Shown: in pieces, positions 1 to 12,120 of the stretch
Numbering within the stretch: the first letter of the stretch is position 1
How the letters are laid out: each line of letters opens with the position of its first letter
Source: Octopus bimaculoides
Taxonomy: Eukaryota
Assembly (NCBI RefSeq): GCF_001194135.2
Contig: NC_068990.1
Span: 29,176,785-29,227,020, forward strand
Length of the DNA: 50,236 bases
Reading direction: 5' to 3'
Notes under the pieces: model-generated
Database searches by the model: none
Told to the model about the DNA's origin: nothing
What the model saw: only the letters and a program-made list of their open reading frames with translations
Translations under genes and position numbers: made by a program

Positions 1-341
1 CCTTATCGCATATCTTGTTGTCAGCTGCGTATGCTATATCTATGATCCAGCATTGTTTGCTTTCTGAACACTATGTATGTGTGTGTAAGTGCATGTGTGT
101 GTGTGTGTATGTATTATTGACTAATAGTGAATTTGATGTTTCGGCCTTAGTACAGCACACAGTTGGAGGAAGAAACGACCGCACCAGTCCCCGACTACTA
201 CTTATTTACAGTTCAATGAACGTGAAATGAAATGTCTTGCTCAAGCACACGATACACCACCCAGTCCAGAACCTGCACCCACGATCTTCGGATATATGTA
301 TAGGTATGTATGTATGTATGTATGTATGTATGTATGTATGT
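1..341. repeat. Exact duplicate of 591-931 next to a 10-N gap; probable assembly overlap artefact
   Basis: ORFs 15..230 and 605..820 are identical at offset 590. The sequence matches up to the (ATGT)n tract, then NNNNNNNNNN at 342-351. Confidence 0.85.
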
Positions 342-351
342 NNNNNNNNNN

Positions 352-657
352 CAGTGAACTAAGGTAACACCTCTTATTTTTCAAGCACCTTCCGGCGTAT
401 TCGAGTGGTTCCAAGCAATTCTGTTTTCTGCATCCTTATTGCAGCTCCTATTTGTTCCATGTACTTCTCAGGACTTTTACTCACTGTTCCAAGGGCTCCG
501 ACAATTACTGGTACTACTACCACCTTTTTCAGCAACCACAACTGCTGAACCTACGAAGCTAACCTGTCGTATCTATCGACATTTTTTCTTCCTTATCGCA
601 TATCTTGTTGTCAGCTGCGTATGCTATATCTATGATCCAGCATTGTTTGCTTTCTGA
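352..657 (-). mobile_element. 3' fragment of an R4/Dong-like RLE non-LTR retrotransposon (same family as 44014-44405)
   Basis: The reverse complement encodes a frameshifted KQCWIIDIAYAADNKICDKEE...KKVVVVPVIVGALGTVSK...KYMEQIG...LGTTRIRRKVLEK* followed by 3'UTR gaggtgttaccttagttcac. It is collinear with 44030-44350. Confidence 0.85.
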
Positions 658-789
658 ACACTATGTATGTGTGTGTAAGTGCATGTGTGTGTGTGTGTAT
701 GTATTATTGACTAATAGTGAATTTGATGTTTCGGCCTTAGTACAGCACACAGTTGGAGGAAGAAACGACCGCACCAGTCCCCGACTACT

Positions 790-880
790 ACTTATTTACA
801 GTTCAATGAACGTGAAATGAAATGTCTTGCTCAAGCACACGATACACCACCCAGTCCAGAACCTGCACCCACGATCTTCG
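790..880 (-). mobile_element. CORE-like tRNA SINE fragment (duplicated at ~200-290)
   Basis: gtgaaatgaaatgtcttgctcaagcacac is the reverse complement of the CORE-like block gtgtgcttgagcaagacatttcatttcac seen at 6025 and 7862. Confidence 0.55.
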
Positions 881-1008
881 GATATATGTATAGGTATGTA
901 TGTATGTATGTATGTATGTATGTATGTATGTATGTATATGTATATGTATGTATGTATGTATGTATGTACGTATGTATGTATGTGTGTATGTTTGTTTTTA
1001 TAAACATT

Positions 1009-1420
1009 TATTAGGTCATCCCATAATAATGCGGTTTTTCAATTCCTTGAACTAAAATTCAGAAAGGGAAAGGATAAACTACCTGCATCAACATGCTGTA
1101 AAAGCAGGTAGAAATTTTACCTTGTGCTTATTCTTAGTGCAAGTTTTGAAGAGTGCAGTTCGATTTTCACAGTTATTTTTTCAGAGCTATAATAGAAGTG
1201 ACAAAGGAGCATATTCGGCATATTTTGCTTTATGAGGCAACAACGAAAGAGAAAGTGCGAGGAATATTAATGCAGTATATGGGGATCGGACAATTGGCGT
1301 AAGCCAGTTTTAGAACTCGACGAGGGCGTCCTGAAAGCCCTAATGGAACGGAATCCTATCGTAACTGTTGAGCAACTAGCAGAGAAGCTTGGATTTGGCC
1401 ATTCAACCATTTATCAACAT
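1009..1420 (+). mobile_element. Mariner transposon 5' fragment (TIR plus decayed transposase N-terminus, internally deleted)
   Basis: TA followed by TTAGGTCATCCCATAATAATGCGGTTTTT (TIR-like). From 1192 it reads IEVTKEHIRHILLYE...ARNINAVYGDRTIGVSQ...ELDEGVLKALMERNPIVTVEQLAEKLGFGHSTIYQH, a mariner HTH region with frameshifts. Confidence 0.8.
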
Positions 1421-1577
1421 ATACAAAAACAGCCATATCAACAATCCAACATACCTCCATCATCAGCTGCCCCACGGGTATCATTATGGTTTCGACACCA
1501 GGACAGTACCATTTAATTTGACGGTGTCAACAGCATTAATATAAGTGTTGTTTAGGAGCAAATGGTGCGGCAGAAGC

Positions 1578-1733
1578 AACGCCCTTTTGTCATTTAATAA
1601 CTTTTATAGTATATAAATGTTTATTAAGAAATTCTTTTCATTTAAAAACAAATGTATTGTATTTATTGCAAACGAATAATAGACTAATGAAAAAAATCGC
1701 AGATATTAGAAAACTCAAATGCAAAAGGGCGTT
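1578..1733. mobile_element. ~155-bp MITE-like element with 17-18 bp terminal inverted repeats
   Basis: aacgcccttttgtcattt at 1578 and aaatgcaaaagggcgtt ending 1733 are reverse complements with one indel. TTAA overlaps the right end only. Confidence 0.45.
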
Positions 1734-1782
1734 AATTCTACCACACCCTGTATATGCTTATATAGGTACATGGACGCGAGAG

Positions 1783-1816
<34 letters not shown>

Positions 1817-2032
1817 TATGACCTGAGTGCATCGGACAAAATTGTCTGGTGAATAACTAAATGAATAAATAAACCAAAGTACTCAAGCTGTCGGCATTGA
1901 ATATTAGAATCAAGTACAAGGATACATATACTGTACAACACTGCATGACGCACACACGCACACACACACATACACACACACATATATATATATGTATGTG
2001 TGTATGTATATATATATATGTATGTGTGTATG

Positions 2033-2063
<31 letters not shown>

Positions 2064-2163
2064 ATATATATATATGTATATATATATATGCATATATATA
2101 AATATATATATATACATATATATATGTATATGTGTAAGCATATATATATATGTGTGTGTGATG

Positions 2164-2194
<31 letters not shown>

Positions 2195-2307
2195 TTATAC
2201 ATGTAAATGAATTCATATGGGTGTAATGTATACATGTATATATACGTGTGTGTATGTGTGCATATGTATCTATTTATAAATATCTATATATCGCTATGTT
2301 CTCCCTG

Positions 2308-2389
<82 letters not shown>

Positions 2390-3189
2390 NNNNNNNNNNN
2401 NNNNNNNNNNNNNNNNNNNNNNNNNNNNNNNNNNNNNNNNNNNNNNNNNNNNNNNNNNNNNNNNNNNNNNNNNNNNNNNNNNNNNNNNNNNNNNNNNNNN
2501 NNNNNNNNNNNNNNNNNNNNNNNNNNNNNNNNNNNNNNNNNNNNNNNNNNNNNNNNNNNNNNNNNNNNNNNNNNNNNNNNNNNNNNNNNNNNNNNNNNNN
2601 NNNNNNNNNNNNNNNNNNNNNNNNNNNNNNNNNNNNNNNNNNNNNNNNNNNNNNNNNNNNNNNNNNNNNNNNNNNNNNNNNNNNNNNNNNNNNNNNNNNN
2701 NNNNNNNNNNNNNNNNNNNNNNNNNNNNNNNNNNNNNNNNNNNNNNNNNNNNNNNNNNNNNNNNNNNNNNNNNNNNNNNNNNNNNNNNNNNNNNNNNNNN
2801 NNNNNNNNNNNNNNNNNNNNNNNNNNNNNNNNNNNNNNNNNNNNNNNNNNNNNNNNNNNNNNNNNNNNNNNNNNNNNNNNNNNNNNNNNNNNNNNNNNNN
2901 NNNNNNNNNNNNNNNNNNNNNNNNNNNNNNNNNNNNNNNNNNNNNNNNNNNNNNNNNNNNNNNNNNNNNNNNNNNNNNNNNNNNNNNNNNNNNNNNNNNN
3001 NNNNNNNNNNNNNNNNNNNNNNNNNNNNNNNNNNNNNNNNNNNNNNNNNNNNNNNNNNNNNNNNNNNNNNNNNNNNNNGAAATATTCGATTTCAATGCTA
3101 TAAAGAATAGGCTTAATACTTACAAGAAAATCGGAGGTAGCAGCTCTAACTACAGAATCACAAATAATAATAATAATAATAATAATAAT

Positions 3190-3222
<33 letters not shown>

Positions 3223-3315
3223 AATTTCTTACTAAACACAAGATAATTGGTCAAGATTATGATGAATGAGGAAGTTGGTGCCATTATACTTACTGTACTC
3301 ATGGAAGCACTTAAG

Positions 3316-3394
<79 letters not shown>

Positions 3395-3406
3395 TAATAG
3401 TAAGCA

Positions 3407-3596
3407 ATTTGTCTGTTAATAGATATGTGTGTCCCACATGATCAAAATGTCTCTGGAAAGGAATACCATAAGTTTTCTCACTCGAAAAAGATCTGCAAAT
3501 TGAAATCACAAAAATGTGGAAGTTTAGTACTACGATAATACCAGTAGTGATTGGTGCGTTGGGAATGATAAAGAAGGGAGCTGAGAAGCACTTAAG
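3407..3596 (+). mobile_element. Internal fragment of an R4/Dong-like RLE endonuclease coding region
   Basis: Reads ICLLIDMCVPHDQNVSGKEYHK (frameshift) KDLQIEITKMWKFSTTIIPVVIGALGMIKKGAEKHL, with (ATA)n on both sides. Confidence 0.8.
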
Positions 3597-3608
3597 ATAA
3601 TAATAATC

Positions 3609-3641
<33 letters not shown>

Positions 3642-5360
3642 GTAAGCATACACAAATCAAAAAGGGGGAATTATAGTTTATACAGATGCACAACAGACAC
3701 TTATACATGGTTTTATACATATATGTACATGAATGTGTGTGTGTTATGATTAAGTGTGTATGCATATTTTATATACGTAAATATACATAAGTATATATAG
3801 GAAAAAACAAACACCTACTCACACACTCACACCCATGCATATATGCGTAAATACATAGATACAAAGACACGCATACACACACACACAAACACACACACAC
3901 ACACACGTACAATCGCACATACACATATGTAGCATTTTGATTTGACACCATTTTAGATATCTGCGCATTTCTTTTGCTCAAAAGAAATGTTTTTTTCTTA
4001 TAAGGATACCAAACTTATATTCTTTCCTGATTTATGTCATATGAGGGGGAGGAGTGTAAATTTTGATACGTGCATACATAGATATTGGCATGTGTATATG
4101 TGTATACGTATGTATATGTAAGTCTATATTTATGTGTTTGTATATATATATATATATATATATNNNNNNNNNNNNNNNNNNNNNNNNNNNNNNNNNNNNN
4201 NNNNNNNNNNNNNNNNNNNNNNNNNNNNNNNNNNNNNNNNNNNNNNNNNNNNNNNNNNNNNNNNNNNNNNNNNNNNNNNNNNNNNNNNNNNNNNNNNNNN
4301 NNNNNNNNNNNNNNNNNNNNNNNNNNNNNNNNNNNNNNNNNNNNNNNNNNNNNNNNNNNNNNNNNNNNNNNNNNNNNNNNNNNNNNNNNNNNNNNNNNNN
4401 NNNNNNNNNNNNNNNNNNNNNNNNNNNNNNNNNNNNNNNNNNNNNNNNNNNNNNNNNNNNNNNNNNNNNNNNNNNNNNNNNNNNNNNNNNNNNNNNNNNN
4501 NNNNNNNNNNNNNNNNNNNNNNNNNNNNNNNNNNNNNNNNNNNNNNNNNNNNNNNNNNNNNNNNNNNNNNNNNNNNNNNNNNNNNNNNNNNNNNNNNNNN
4601 NNNNNNNNNNNNNNNNNNNNNNNNNNNNNNNNNNNNNNNNNNNNNNNNNNNNNNNNNNNNNNNNNNNNNNNNNNNNNNNNNNNNNNTGTGTGTGTGTGTG
4701 TGTGTGTGTGTTTGTTCTTCTGTGGCTAACGGTTGTTTCTTTGAAGATCAAAGGCCTGCCTAATCAATTTCAAATATTTCATCTTAATAGAACACCATTT
4801 TGGTATGTGGAATTTTAGCGCCGTTATAATTAAAGACTTTGTCAATGTTTGCCGCAATCAGTAACATTTCTATTAAAGACTAGTTGTAAAGTGTTGAAAG
4901 CAACACATATTGCTGTCTGGCCAATTTCTTGAAGAATTATGGCTTCGTTCCTATCTAAAGAATCTTTGTGTTAAAGTGTTTTGCTCTATTCACTTCAAAT
5001 CTGTCATTTATTCCTCAGTTTTGACTATATTTCTTTAAAACTTTGTTTTAATGTACTTCTTCATATATTTCCTTGTTTTAGTTTCCGTGGATAATATCTA
5101 ATTTCTTCTTCCTCCAAATAATTTCTATCTGCAAATCAAGGTTTTCTTCGATATGTTTTCATATCCGCCATTCCTCGTTTTTTTTAATGTTTTTATTTCT
5201 ATGCATATTTTTTTTTCAACATGACTAATTCAAATTTAGAAGGTCAACGTCTCTTCTTATTCAAGAAGCCCTCAAGGCCGATGGAAGCAAGAGCAATAAT
5301 TTCTTCTGTTCGGAGATTTGGCTTCAAAACCGAAGAACACAAGTCATACTAAGTACAATA

Positions 5361-5765
5361 GGTGCTAGCGTGGCTGTGTTGTAAAAAGCGTTCTTCCCAA
5401 CCACATTGTTCGGGGTTCAGTCCCGTTGCGTGGCACCTAAGGAAAGTGTCTTCTACTATAGCCTCGGGACGACCAAAGCCTTGTGAGTGGATTTGGTAGA
5501 CGGAACTAAAAGAAGCCCGTCGTATATATGTGTGTATGTGTCCGTGGGTGTGCCTTTGTGTCTGTTTATGTCCCCCCACCAATCACTTGACAACTGGTGT
5601 TGGTGTTTACCGCTCTGTAACCTATCGGTTCGGCAAAAGAGATCGATGCAAAAACTACCGGAGTTTAACATATAATGTGTCCTAGGGTTGTTTCACTCGA
5701 CTAAAAATTCTTCAAGGTGATGCTCCGGCTTGGCCGCAGTCTAATCACTGAAACAAGAGAAAGGT
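5361..5765 (+). mobile_element. SINE family C (tRNA head, CORE-like block, internal TA/TG microsatellite)
   Basis: A-box-like ggctgtgttgtaa and B-box-like gggttcagtccc, body gaccaaagccttgtgagtggatttggtagacgg, tail ctgaaacaag. Homologous to 16293, 31675 and 35098. Confidence 0.85.
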
Positions 5766-5921
5766 AAGATATATAATGTACAACCAAAATATTTCCATGG
5801 TTTAACTATGCTTGAAGGATTGGACTCAGAACGGAGCCTGTGAATGTCTCTGAAATTACACGCATCATTCTATGAAAAAAAGGTAGCATTTTCAATAATG
5901 GGACCTTAGATACGTTTCGTA

Positions 5922-6232
5922 AAGGTGCGTAGCCTAGGTGAAGGTACTTGGCCTAGTGGTTAGGTACGTTGCACTCATGATCGTGACATCGTGGTGTTCG
6001 ATTCCCAAACCGGCTGCCTGTTGTGTTCTTGAGCAAAACACTTCCGTTCATTTTGTCTCAGTCCACTCGGCTGTAAATGGGTCACACTGCAACGGGTTAG
6101 CTTTCCGATCGGGAGGAATGCTTGGCCTGCCCCCACTAGACAGCGGGATAGCAGCATTCAAAAGCTAAGAGCATTGTGAATAGCGGTGTATAACAACATC
6201 CGATAGTCTGCTCGATCACGTGATCACGTGTT
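5922..6232 (+). mobile_element. CORE-type tRNA SINE (family B) with a duplicated 5' start
   Basis: Head ggcctagtggttagg...gttcgattccc. The block tgtgttcttgagcaaaacactt...ctgtaaatggg aligns to the MIR CORE consensus as I recall it. Confidence 0.75.
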
Positions 6233-6489
6233 ACATTTTATTGCCCTGAAAGTATTCTGATGGGACGATGTCGATCTGAAGTATTTTTCATCATTGATCT
6301 GCACCATTGGTTTTAGCCAATAGCTAATCAATACCAACAGAAATTCGAGGAAGTATTATACATGATTGACAGATTTAATTGTCAGGGATCGTAGCCCAAG
6401 ACCCAGGATTAACATGCTTCGATCACAGTTCCCAGACATTCACTTTCATCTCCTTCACTTCATGTAAATAGGCTTGTTGCACATCCCCT

Positions 6490-6509
6490 TCATATCTCTC
6501 TCTCTCTCC

Positions 6510-6566
<57 letters not shown>

Positions 6567-6567
6567 C
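6490..6567. repeat. (CT)n microsatellite
   Basis: Directly visible. Confidence 0.95.
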
Positions 6568-7782
6568 CACTCATTCTGCTATGCCTTTCACAGTTCATTA
6601 GTCATTGATCAGACGACGGCTATCCCGCCAACGTAAGAGTTCTCTTGAACATAAATCACTTCGCAGTTGAACGCACGCTTTGTAACAACTTTTCGACACA
6701 CACCCATCCAGGAGTCAATCAATTTCAAACTTGAAATTCCAAAAAATAGTAAAATAACAAATATTCCACAAGCTTTCTATTTTTCTCTCTTTGTTTTCTC
6801 TTAACTGAAAATTTTAATTTTCATTAAAAAAAACAACGAAATTCTAGAATATAATGGCAATTCTACCAAAGAGTTACAATGTTTATCAGTTTTAAATAAC
6901 CATCTGTAAAATAGAGTTTAATCTTCAAGTAGAATAATAAATCATAGCAGATGGCATATTTGTTCCAAACTTTATCTAAATTCCATATTCTCTAATTTCG
7001 GTTTGAATACCTTCTGCTCTCCGTTGAAAAATGTGCTTTCGATGCAGTCTCTTTTTACTGCTTTTTCCTTATATATTGACATGATTAACTCCATTATAAT
7101 AACCAAATGTTCGGAATAACAAAAGCTAAACGACCTTTTGAATATCTTTGAAAAGGAAGCTGTCATTACTTAAGGAGAAGCTATCCGTGTGGTCTGCTCT
7201 CGTTTGCTTTCTATTCAAATCTAATGACGTTCATTTATATTAAGAATTCAACCAAATATTGTCCAGCTTCTCTAATGTCTTTCAACATCAATCTGATTGT
7301 TTCCTAAACAAACTATTTTCGGTGCTGAATTTTAAATACAAGGAAGTTCCAACTGTATACTTTATGTTGTGATGGCACTTCGATTCATGAATTATCTGGT
7401 AAAAGAATGCAGTTGTGTAACAGAAACAGTAGAATGGTAAGCTTATATTTTACAATATCTGGTGACCACATGACTCGTTCTGATTTCAAATCCTACAAGA
7501 GTAGACATTAGTTTCATTCTTACAGTGTCAATAAAAAATATTCCAACCAAATACAGGGTTTATCGTGATGAATAAATAGCTTTTATGAAAAATACCGAGA
7601 ACTCTGTACGAATGCCAACAACCAACAATTGTATGGAACAAGAAATCTTGCTCTCGAAAACATTAATTCGTTGGATACAAAGATCGTAGGATTCCTTTAA
7701 CTAGGACCAAATTTCTTTTGACCATAGGCCTCCATGACCAACTGGATGCTCATTGCTGGATTAATTTGGTCATACTGAAATT

Positions 7783-8030
7783 GAAGGCGGCTTAGTGTAA
7801 GGGTGTTGCACTCAGGATCACGAGATCATGTTTCGATTCTCGGGTCGGGGGGGCGCATTTTGTTCTTGAGCAAAAACCTGCATTTCACGTTGCTGCATTC
7901 TACTCACCTGTAAATGAGTAATCCTGCAACGAAATGGCATCTTGTCCTGAAGGAATGTCGGTAACTTATGCACTGTGGAAACCGGGTAGCCGGACCCCTG
8001 AGTCCTAGGACTCGAGGGGTAATGTCCAGG
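7783..8030 (+). mobile_element. CORE-type tRNA SINE with a different tail, followed by (GAT)n/(CAT)n
   Basis: ggcttagtgtaagggtgttgcactcaggatc...ttcgattctc, then tgttcttgagcaaaaacc...ctgtaaatgagt. Confidence 0.7.
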
Positions 8031-8180
8031 AGTTGATGATGATGATGATGATGATGATGATGACGACGACGACGATGATGATGATGATGATGATCATCAT
8101 CATCATCATCATCATCATGATCCTGATCATGATGAAGACAAACCGTTCCTGGTGACATTATATGCAAATCAAGCCATTTA

Positions 8181-8268
8181 CATGGAAGACCACAATGGCG
8201 GGGGGGGGGTCCGTTGACTNNNNNNNNNNCATGGAAGACCACAATGGCGGGGGGGGGGTCCGTTGACT
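8181..8268. repeat. 39-bp exact duplication across a 10-N gap (assembly overlap artefact)
   Basis: catggaagaccacaatggcggggggggggtccgttgact at 8181-8219 and 8230-8268, with N at 8220-8229. Confidence 0.85.
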
Positions 8269-8271
8269 GTG

Positions 8272-8486
8272 ATGGCAACCGGGCAGAATCGTTAGCACGC
8301 AGAGCAAATTACGGAGCGGCATTTCGTCCGTCTTTGCCTTTAGAATTTAAAGCCTCTCAAAATTGATTTTGCGTTTAATTCTTTCGGGATCTATAAAATA
8401 AGTACCAATCAAGCACTGGAGTGGATGTAATTGACTTACCTCCTCCCCCAACATTGCTGGCCTTGTGCTAAAATTTGAAACCAATA
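8272..8486 (+). mobile_element. SINE family A (tRNA head, central domain, tail gccttgtgctaaaatttgaaaccaat)
   Basis: Collinear with the young copy at 36117-36350. More decayed family A pieces lie at ~8513-8600 (+), 8755-8836 (-) and 8885-8950 (-). Confidence 0.8.
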
Positions 8487-9576
8487 TTTGAGACATGATT
8501 CGCCATATTCATGGCGACGAGTTGACTGAATCGTTAGTGCATCGAACAAAATACTTAGCAGCATTTCTTCTAGGATCTTTTTCGTGGCCTTTCTGCGGGT
8601 ATTTTGGTCAGATTCTATTTGTCGTTTTGTTATAAACATCTTCACTTCTCCTGTCACAGTTCTCGAGGATGTGAAGTACCAGAAAAATAATGTGAGGTAT
8701 CGTGTCGAACGCTTTAACAATTCTGCAAATCGACCCCAGGAGAATATGTCCATAGCAGAATTCGAACTCAGAACGTAAAGAGCCAAAACAAATACCGAAA
8801 GGCATTTTGTCCAACGTTCTGACGGTCTGGCAAATCGAGTGCTCTCGATTATTGCTCTATTTAATCGTCTCCGAAAGAATGACTGTAGCCGAATTCGAAC
8901 TCAGAACTTAAAGATCGAAACAAGTACGAAAAGGCCTTTTATCCAACACTTCTACCCTTCTGAATTTCCAATGCTCTCGGCTGCTATTTTATTTAACCGA
9001 CCCCGAGAGAAGAAAAGATGGCCATAGTGTCATTCGACATCAAATCATAAAGAGCAATAAGTCTCCATTATATTTATCTCATATTACGTTCTTTCTGTTT
9101 CATATATTCTCCTTCTTATTATGCATTTGTCCTGTATACGTGCGCGTATACACACACACNNNNNNNNNNNNNNNNNNNNNNNNNNNNNNNNNNNNNNNNN
9201 NNNNNNNNNNNNNNNNNNNNNNNNNNNNNNNNNNNNNNNNNNNNNNNNNNNNNNNNNNNNNNNNNNNNNNNNNNNNNNNNNNNNNNNNNNNNNNNNNNNN
9301 NNNNNNNNNNNNNNNNNNNNNNNNNNNNNNNNNNNNNNNNNNNNNNNNNNNNNNNNNNNNNNNNNNNNNNNNNNNNNNNATATATATATATATATATATA
9401 TAACATATTAAAATCTGAGTCTAAGTTTGCATATCATTCGTCTTTTCGAGCATCCGTTCACTACCTATTCGTCGCTCACTAAAATGCATGTGGTTACGTG
9501 TATAAATGCAGGGAGATTTTCATACAATTAAGTACAATTTAAACATCATATTAAACAGTAGGTTCTGAAAAACTAT

Positions 9577-9607
<31 letters not shown>

Positions 9608-9657
9608 TGAGAAACATTCAAAAATCAACGGCATATACACCTTCATGATTCTACGAG

Positions 9658-11780
9658 CTTTTCTGGTCCTAGAAAGAATTTCTTAATTCCGATTGCTAGT
9701 ATAATTGCAGAAGACTACGCGAGGTCATTTGTGGGTAGGGGTGGGGGCAGTACCTAAAATTTATAGCATTGATGGAGGTTAGAGGACTGGGCAGTGGGGG
9801 ATCGGACGGCGAAGCCTTTCGTCCCGGCAATTAAGATAGGGTTACTTCCATTTATTTTTTTAATTCGATTCAACAAGAGTTTTAGGGTTAAATATAAAAT
9901 ATAAGGTCATCCAGTTATTTATATATTTACTTATTTAACAGTCTTTTCTCTGCTCGCTTTATTGCCAGAAGGGTAAGTGATAGAGACACAAAGTCTGAGA
10001 TTCTATTATGGGGAGGGGGTGGGAATAATAGCGGTCATCCAATCAATAAATAGATAAATAAAGAAGTAAAGAGAATGCAATAAAAACATATATGAAAGAA
10101 AAAGGACAATAGTAAAAGAAAGATTATAATAAACATTTATAATTAAAAAAGGGGATATGATAGAAAAAAAAAGGGTATATAATATAAGAATATGGATAAT
10201 AATAAAAATGGAATTGGTAAATAGGGACTTTGTAAATAATATCATAGGAATTATAAAGATAATTAAAAAGTAGTCAGAAATAGCATAATGGAATGAAGAA
10301 AAGTAAAATAAAATAAGGTAATATGATAGGATCATGTATATTAGCGGTATTTCGTCTGTCTTTGGGTTCGAATTTCATTGAGAGGACATTGGTATTGCCT
10401 TAGCGGAAGTCTGTGCACTCTCAGTGCTCTTGTTATATATTATTACTATTATATTTTACTACATTGAATTATATCTTCGTGTCTTATCATACCCATCAAC
10501 CCTTATTTTATACTTGTATTAACTGAAGCTGTAAATATAGAGAAACGCTTGCCCTATACTCGTAACTAACTGATTGATACGGATCCGATTTCCTTTCTCA
10601 GACATCTTTAAGATTGCCTTACATACTCAGAAATTTTATGAATGCTTTTATAAATATATTTTTATCATATTACTGTAGTATGTAATATTACTTTGAATTT
10701 ACTCCAAACTATGATTAACACGTGTCTTCATAGTTGTATTTTTTAAATACATTTATATTTTTATATTATAATATTTTGGGTATTATATGTTCTGTCTTTC
10801 TACAATTATTTCGTTATCATCATTATTATTTTGCCTTTTTCCCCTTTTCTTGCTAATATACATGATCCTATCATATTACCTTATTTTATTTTACTTTTCT
10901 TCATTCCATTATGCTATTTCTGACTACTTTTTAATTATCTTTATAATTCCTATGATATTATTTACAAAGTCACTATTTACCAATTCCATTTTTATTATTA
11001 TCCATATTCTTTTATCATATACCCTTTTTTTTCTATTATATCCCCTTTTTTTATTATAAATGTTTATTATCATCTTTCACTTACTATTGTCTTTTTGCTT
11101 TCATATATGTTTTTATTGCATTCTCTTTACTTCCTTATTTATCTATTTATTGATTGGATGACCGCTATTATTTCCGACCCCCTCCCCATAATAGAATCTC
11201 AGACTTTGTGTCTCTATCACTTACCCTTCTGGCAATAAAGCGGTCAGAGAAAAGACTGTTAAATAAGTGAATATATAAATAACTGGATGACCTTATATTT
11301 TATATTTAACCCTAAAACTCTTGTTGAATTGAATTAAAAAATAAATGGAAGTAACCCTATCTTAATTGCCGGGACGAAAGGCTTCGCCGTCTGAACCCCC
11401 ACTACGCAGTCCTCTAACCTCCATCTATGCTATTAATTTTAGACTCTCCCTCCTACCCACAAATGACCTCGCGTTGTCTTCTGCAATTATGCTACCCAAC
11501 GGAAGTAAGAAATTCTTTCTACGACCAGCAAGAATGAACTCTGCCTTTAGACTGTTACTGGCAACCCTTTAAAATTCATCTGTTCTATTAGCAACTTCTC
11601 TTGTCTCGCTAAATATTTAGCAAGCTGGTCAATTTCAATTCTCTACATTCCTATATGATCATTTGATTAAAATCACCTGAAGATGGCAGATTTTACAAGG
11701 TGTAATCGAAGTATTTATCAATAAAAGATGTTGTTGAAACAGCTGTTGTGAAATTTTTAATTCCATTTCTGTTCTCCTTT
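9658..11780 (+). mobile_element. Penelope-like retroelement remnant: ~690-bp inverted arms (9658-10345 / 10852-11533) plus a downstream hammerhead
   Basis: The arms are reverse complements with scattered mismatches, and ORFs 10006..10335(-) and 10787..11059(+) translate near-identically. The hammerhead motif lies 140 bp beyond the right arm. The PLE assignment is inference; no RT or GIY-YIG ORF was recognised. Confidence 0.6.
11673..11751 (+). ncRNA. Minimal type I hammerhead ribozyme motif (core intact)
   Basis: Stem I TCAC(11673)/GTGA(11748), CTGAAGA, a long imperfect stem II (GGCA..TTTTA/TAAAA..TGTT), GAAA, palindromic helix III ACAGCTGT, and GUU cleavage triplet. Confidence 0.65.
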
Positions 11781-11844
11781 TGAAATTGTATGTATGTGTG
11801 TATTTATATGCATGTACATATACGTGCGTGTGTGTGTATTATAT

Positions 11845-11861
11845 ATGAATATATATATGTG

Positions 11862-11959
<98 letters not shown>

Positions 11960-11990
11960 CGTGTGTATGTGTGTGTGTGTGTGTGTAGAT
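11845..11990. repeat. (TG)n microsatellite
   Basis: Directly visible. Confidence 0.95.
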
Positions 11991-12072
11991 ATATATATAT
12001 ATATTATATATGAGTATATATATATTTCATATCTTCTCTATAATAACTATTGCTTAACCATTTTCTTGCACC

Positions 12073-12120
12073 GTCTCTGATGAAGGGATATATAAAATAT
12101 CCCGCAAACAGCTGTAAGAC
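12073..12120 (+). ncRNA. Minimal type I hammerhead motif with a probable inactivating G12->C change
   Basis: GTCT-CTGATGA-A-GGGATAT-ATAAA-ATATCCC-G-CAAA-CAGCTG-TA-AGAC: perfect stems I and II and palindrome ACAGCTGT, but CAAA where GAAA is expected. Confidence 0.7.

Noticed and set aside
1-931. 590-bp-period direct duplication
   Set aside because: It is identical and abuts a 10-N gap, so most likely unmerged contig ends. The same applies to 8181-8268.
4740-5200. Possible L1/Tx1 reverse-transcriptase relics (minus strand here; plus strand at ~7540-7780)
   Set aside because: Only faint motif echoes across several frameshifts (LIAANIDKVF; SKTLIRWIQ); not supportable without an HMM search.
10523-10550. 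CTGAAG-CTGT AAAT ATAG-A-GAAAC
   Set aside because: The core lacks a conserved A and has no convincing stems I or III; at best a decayed relic. Similar partial strings at 15700-15722 and 47420-47450 (-) were also rejected.
11673-12120. Idea that the two ACAGCTGT hammerheads form a cis heterodimer
   Set aside because: A dimer needs stem I strands exchanged between monomers. TCAC/GTGA and GTCT/AGAC are not cross-complementary, and the second core has CAAA.
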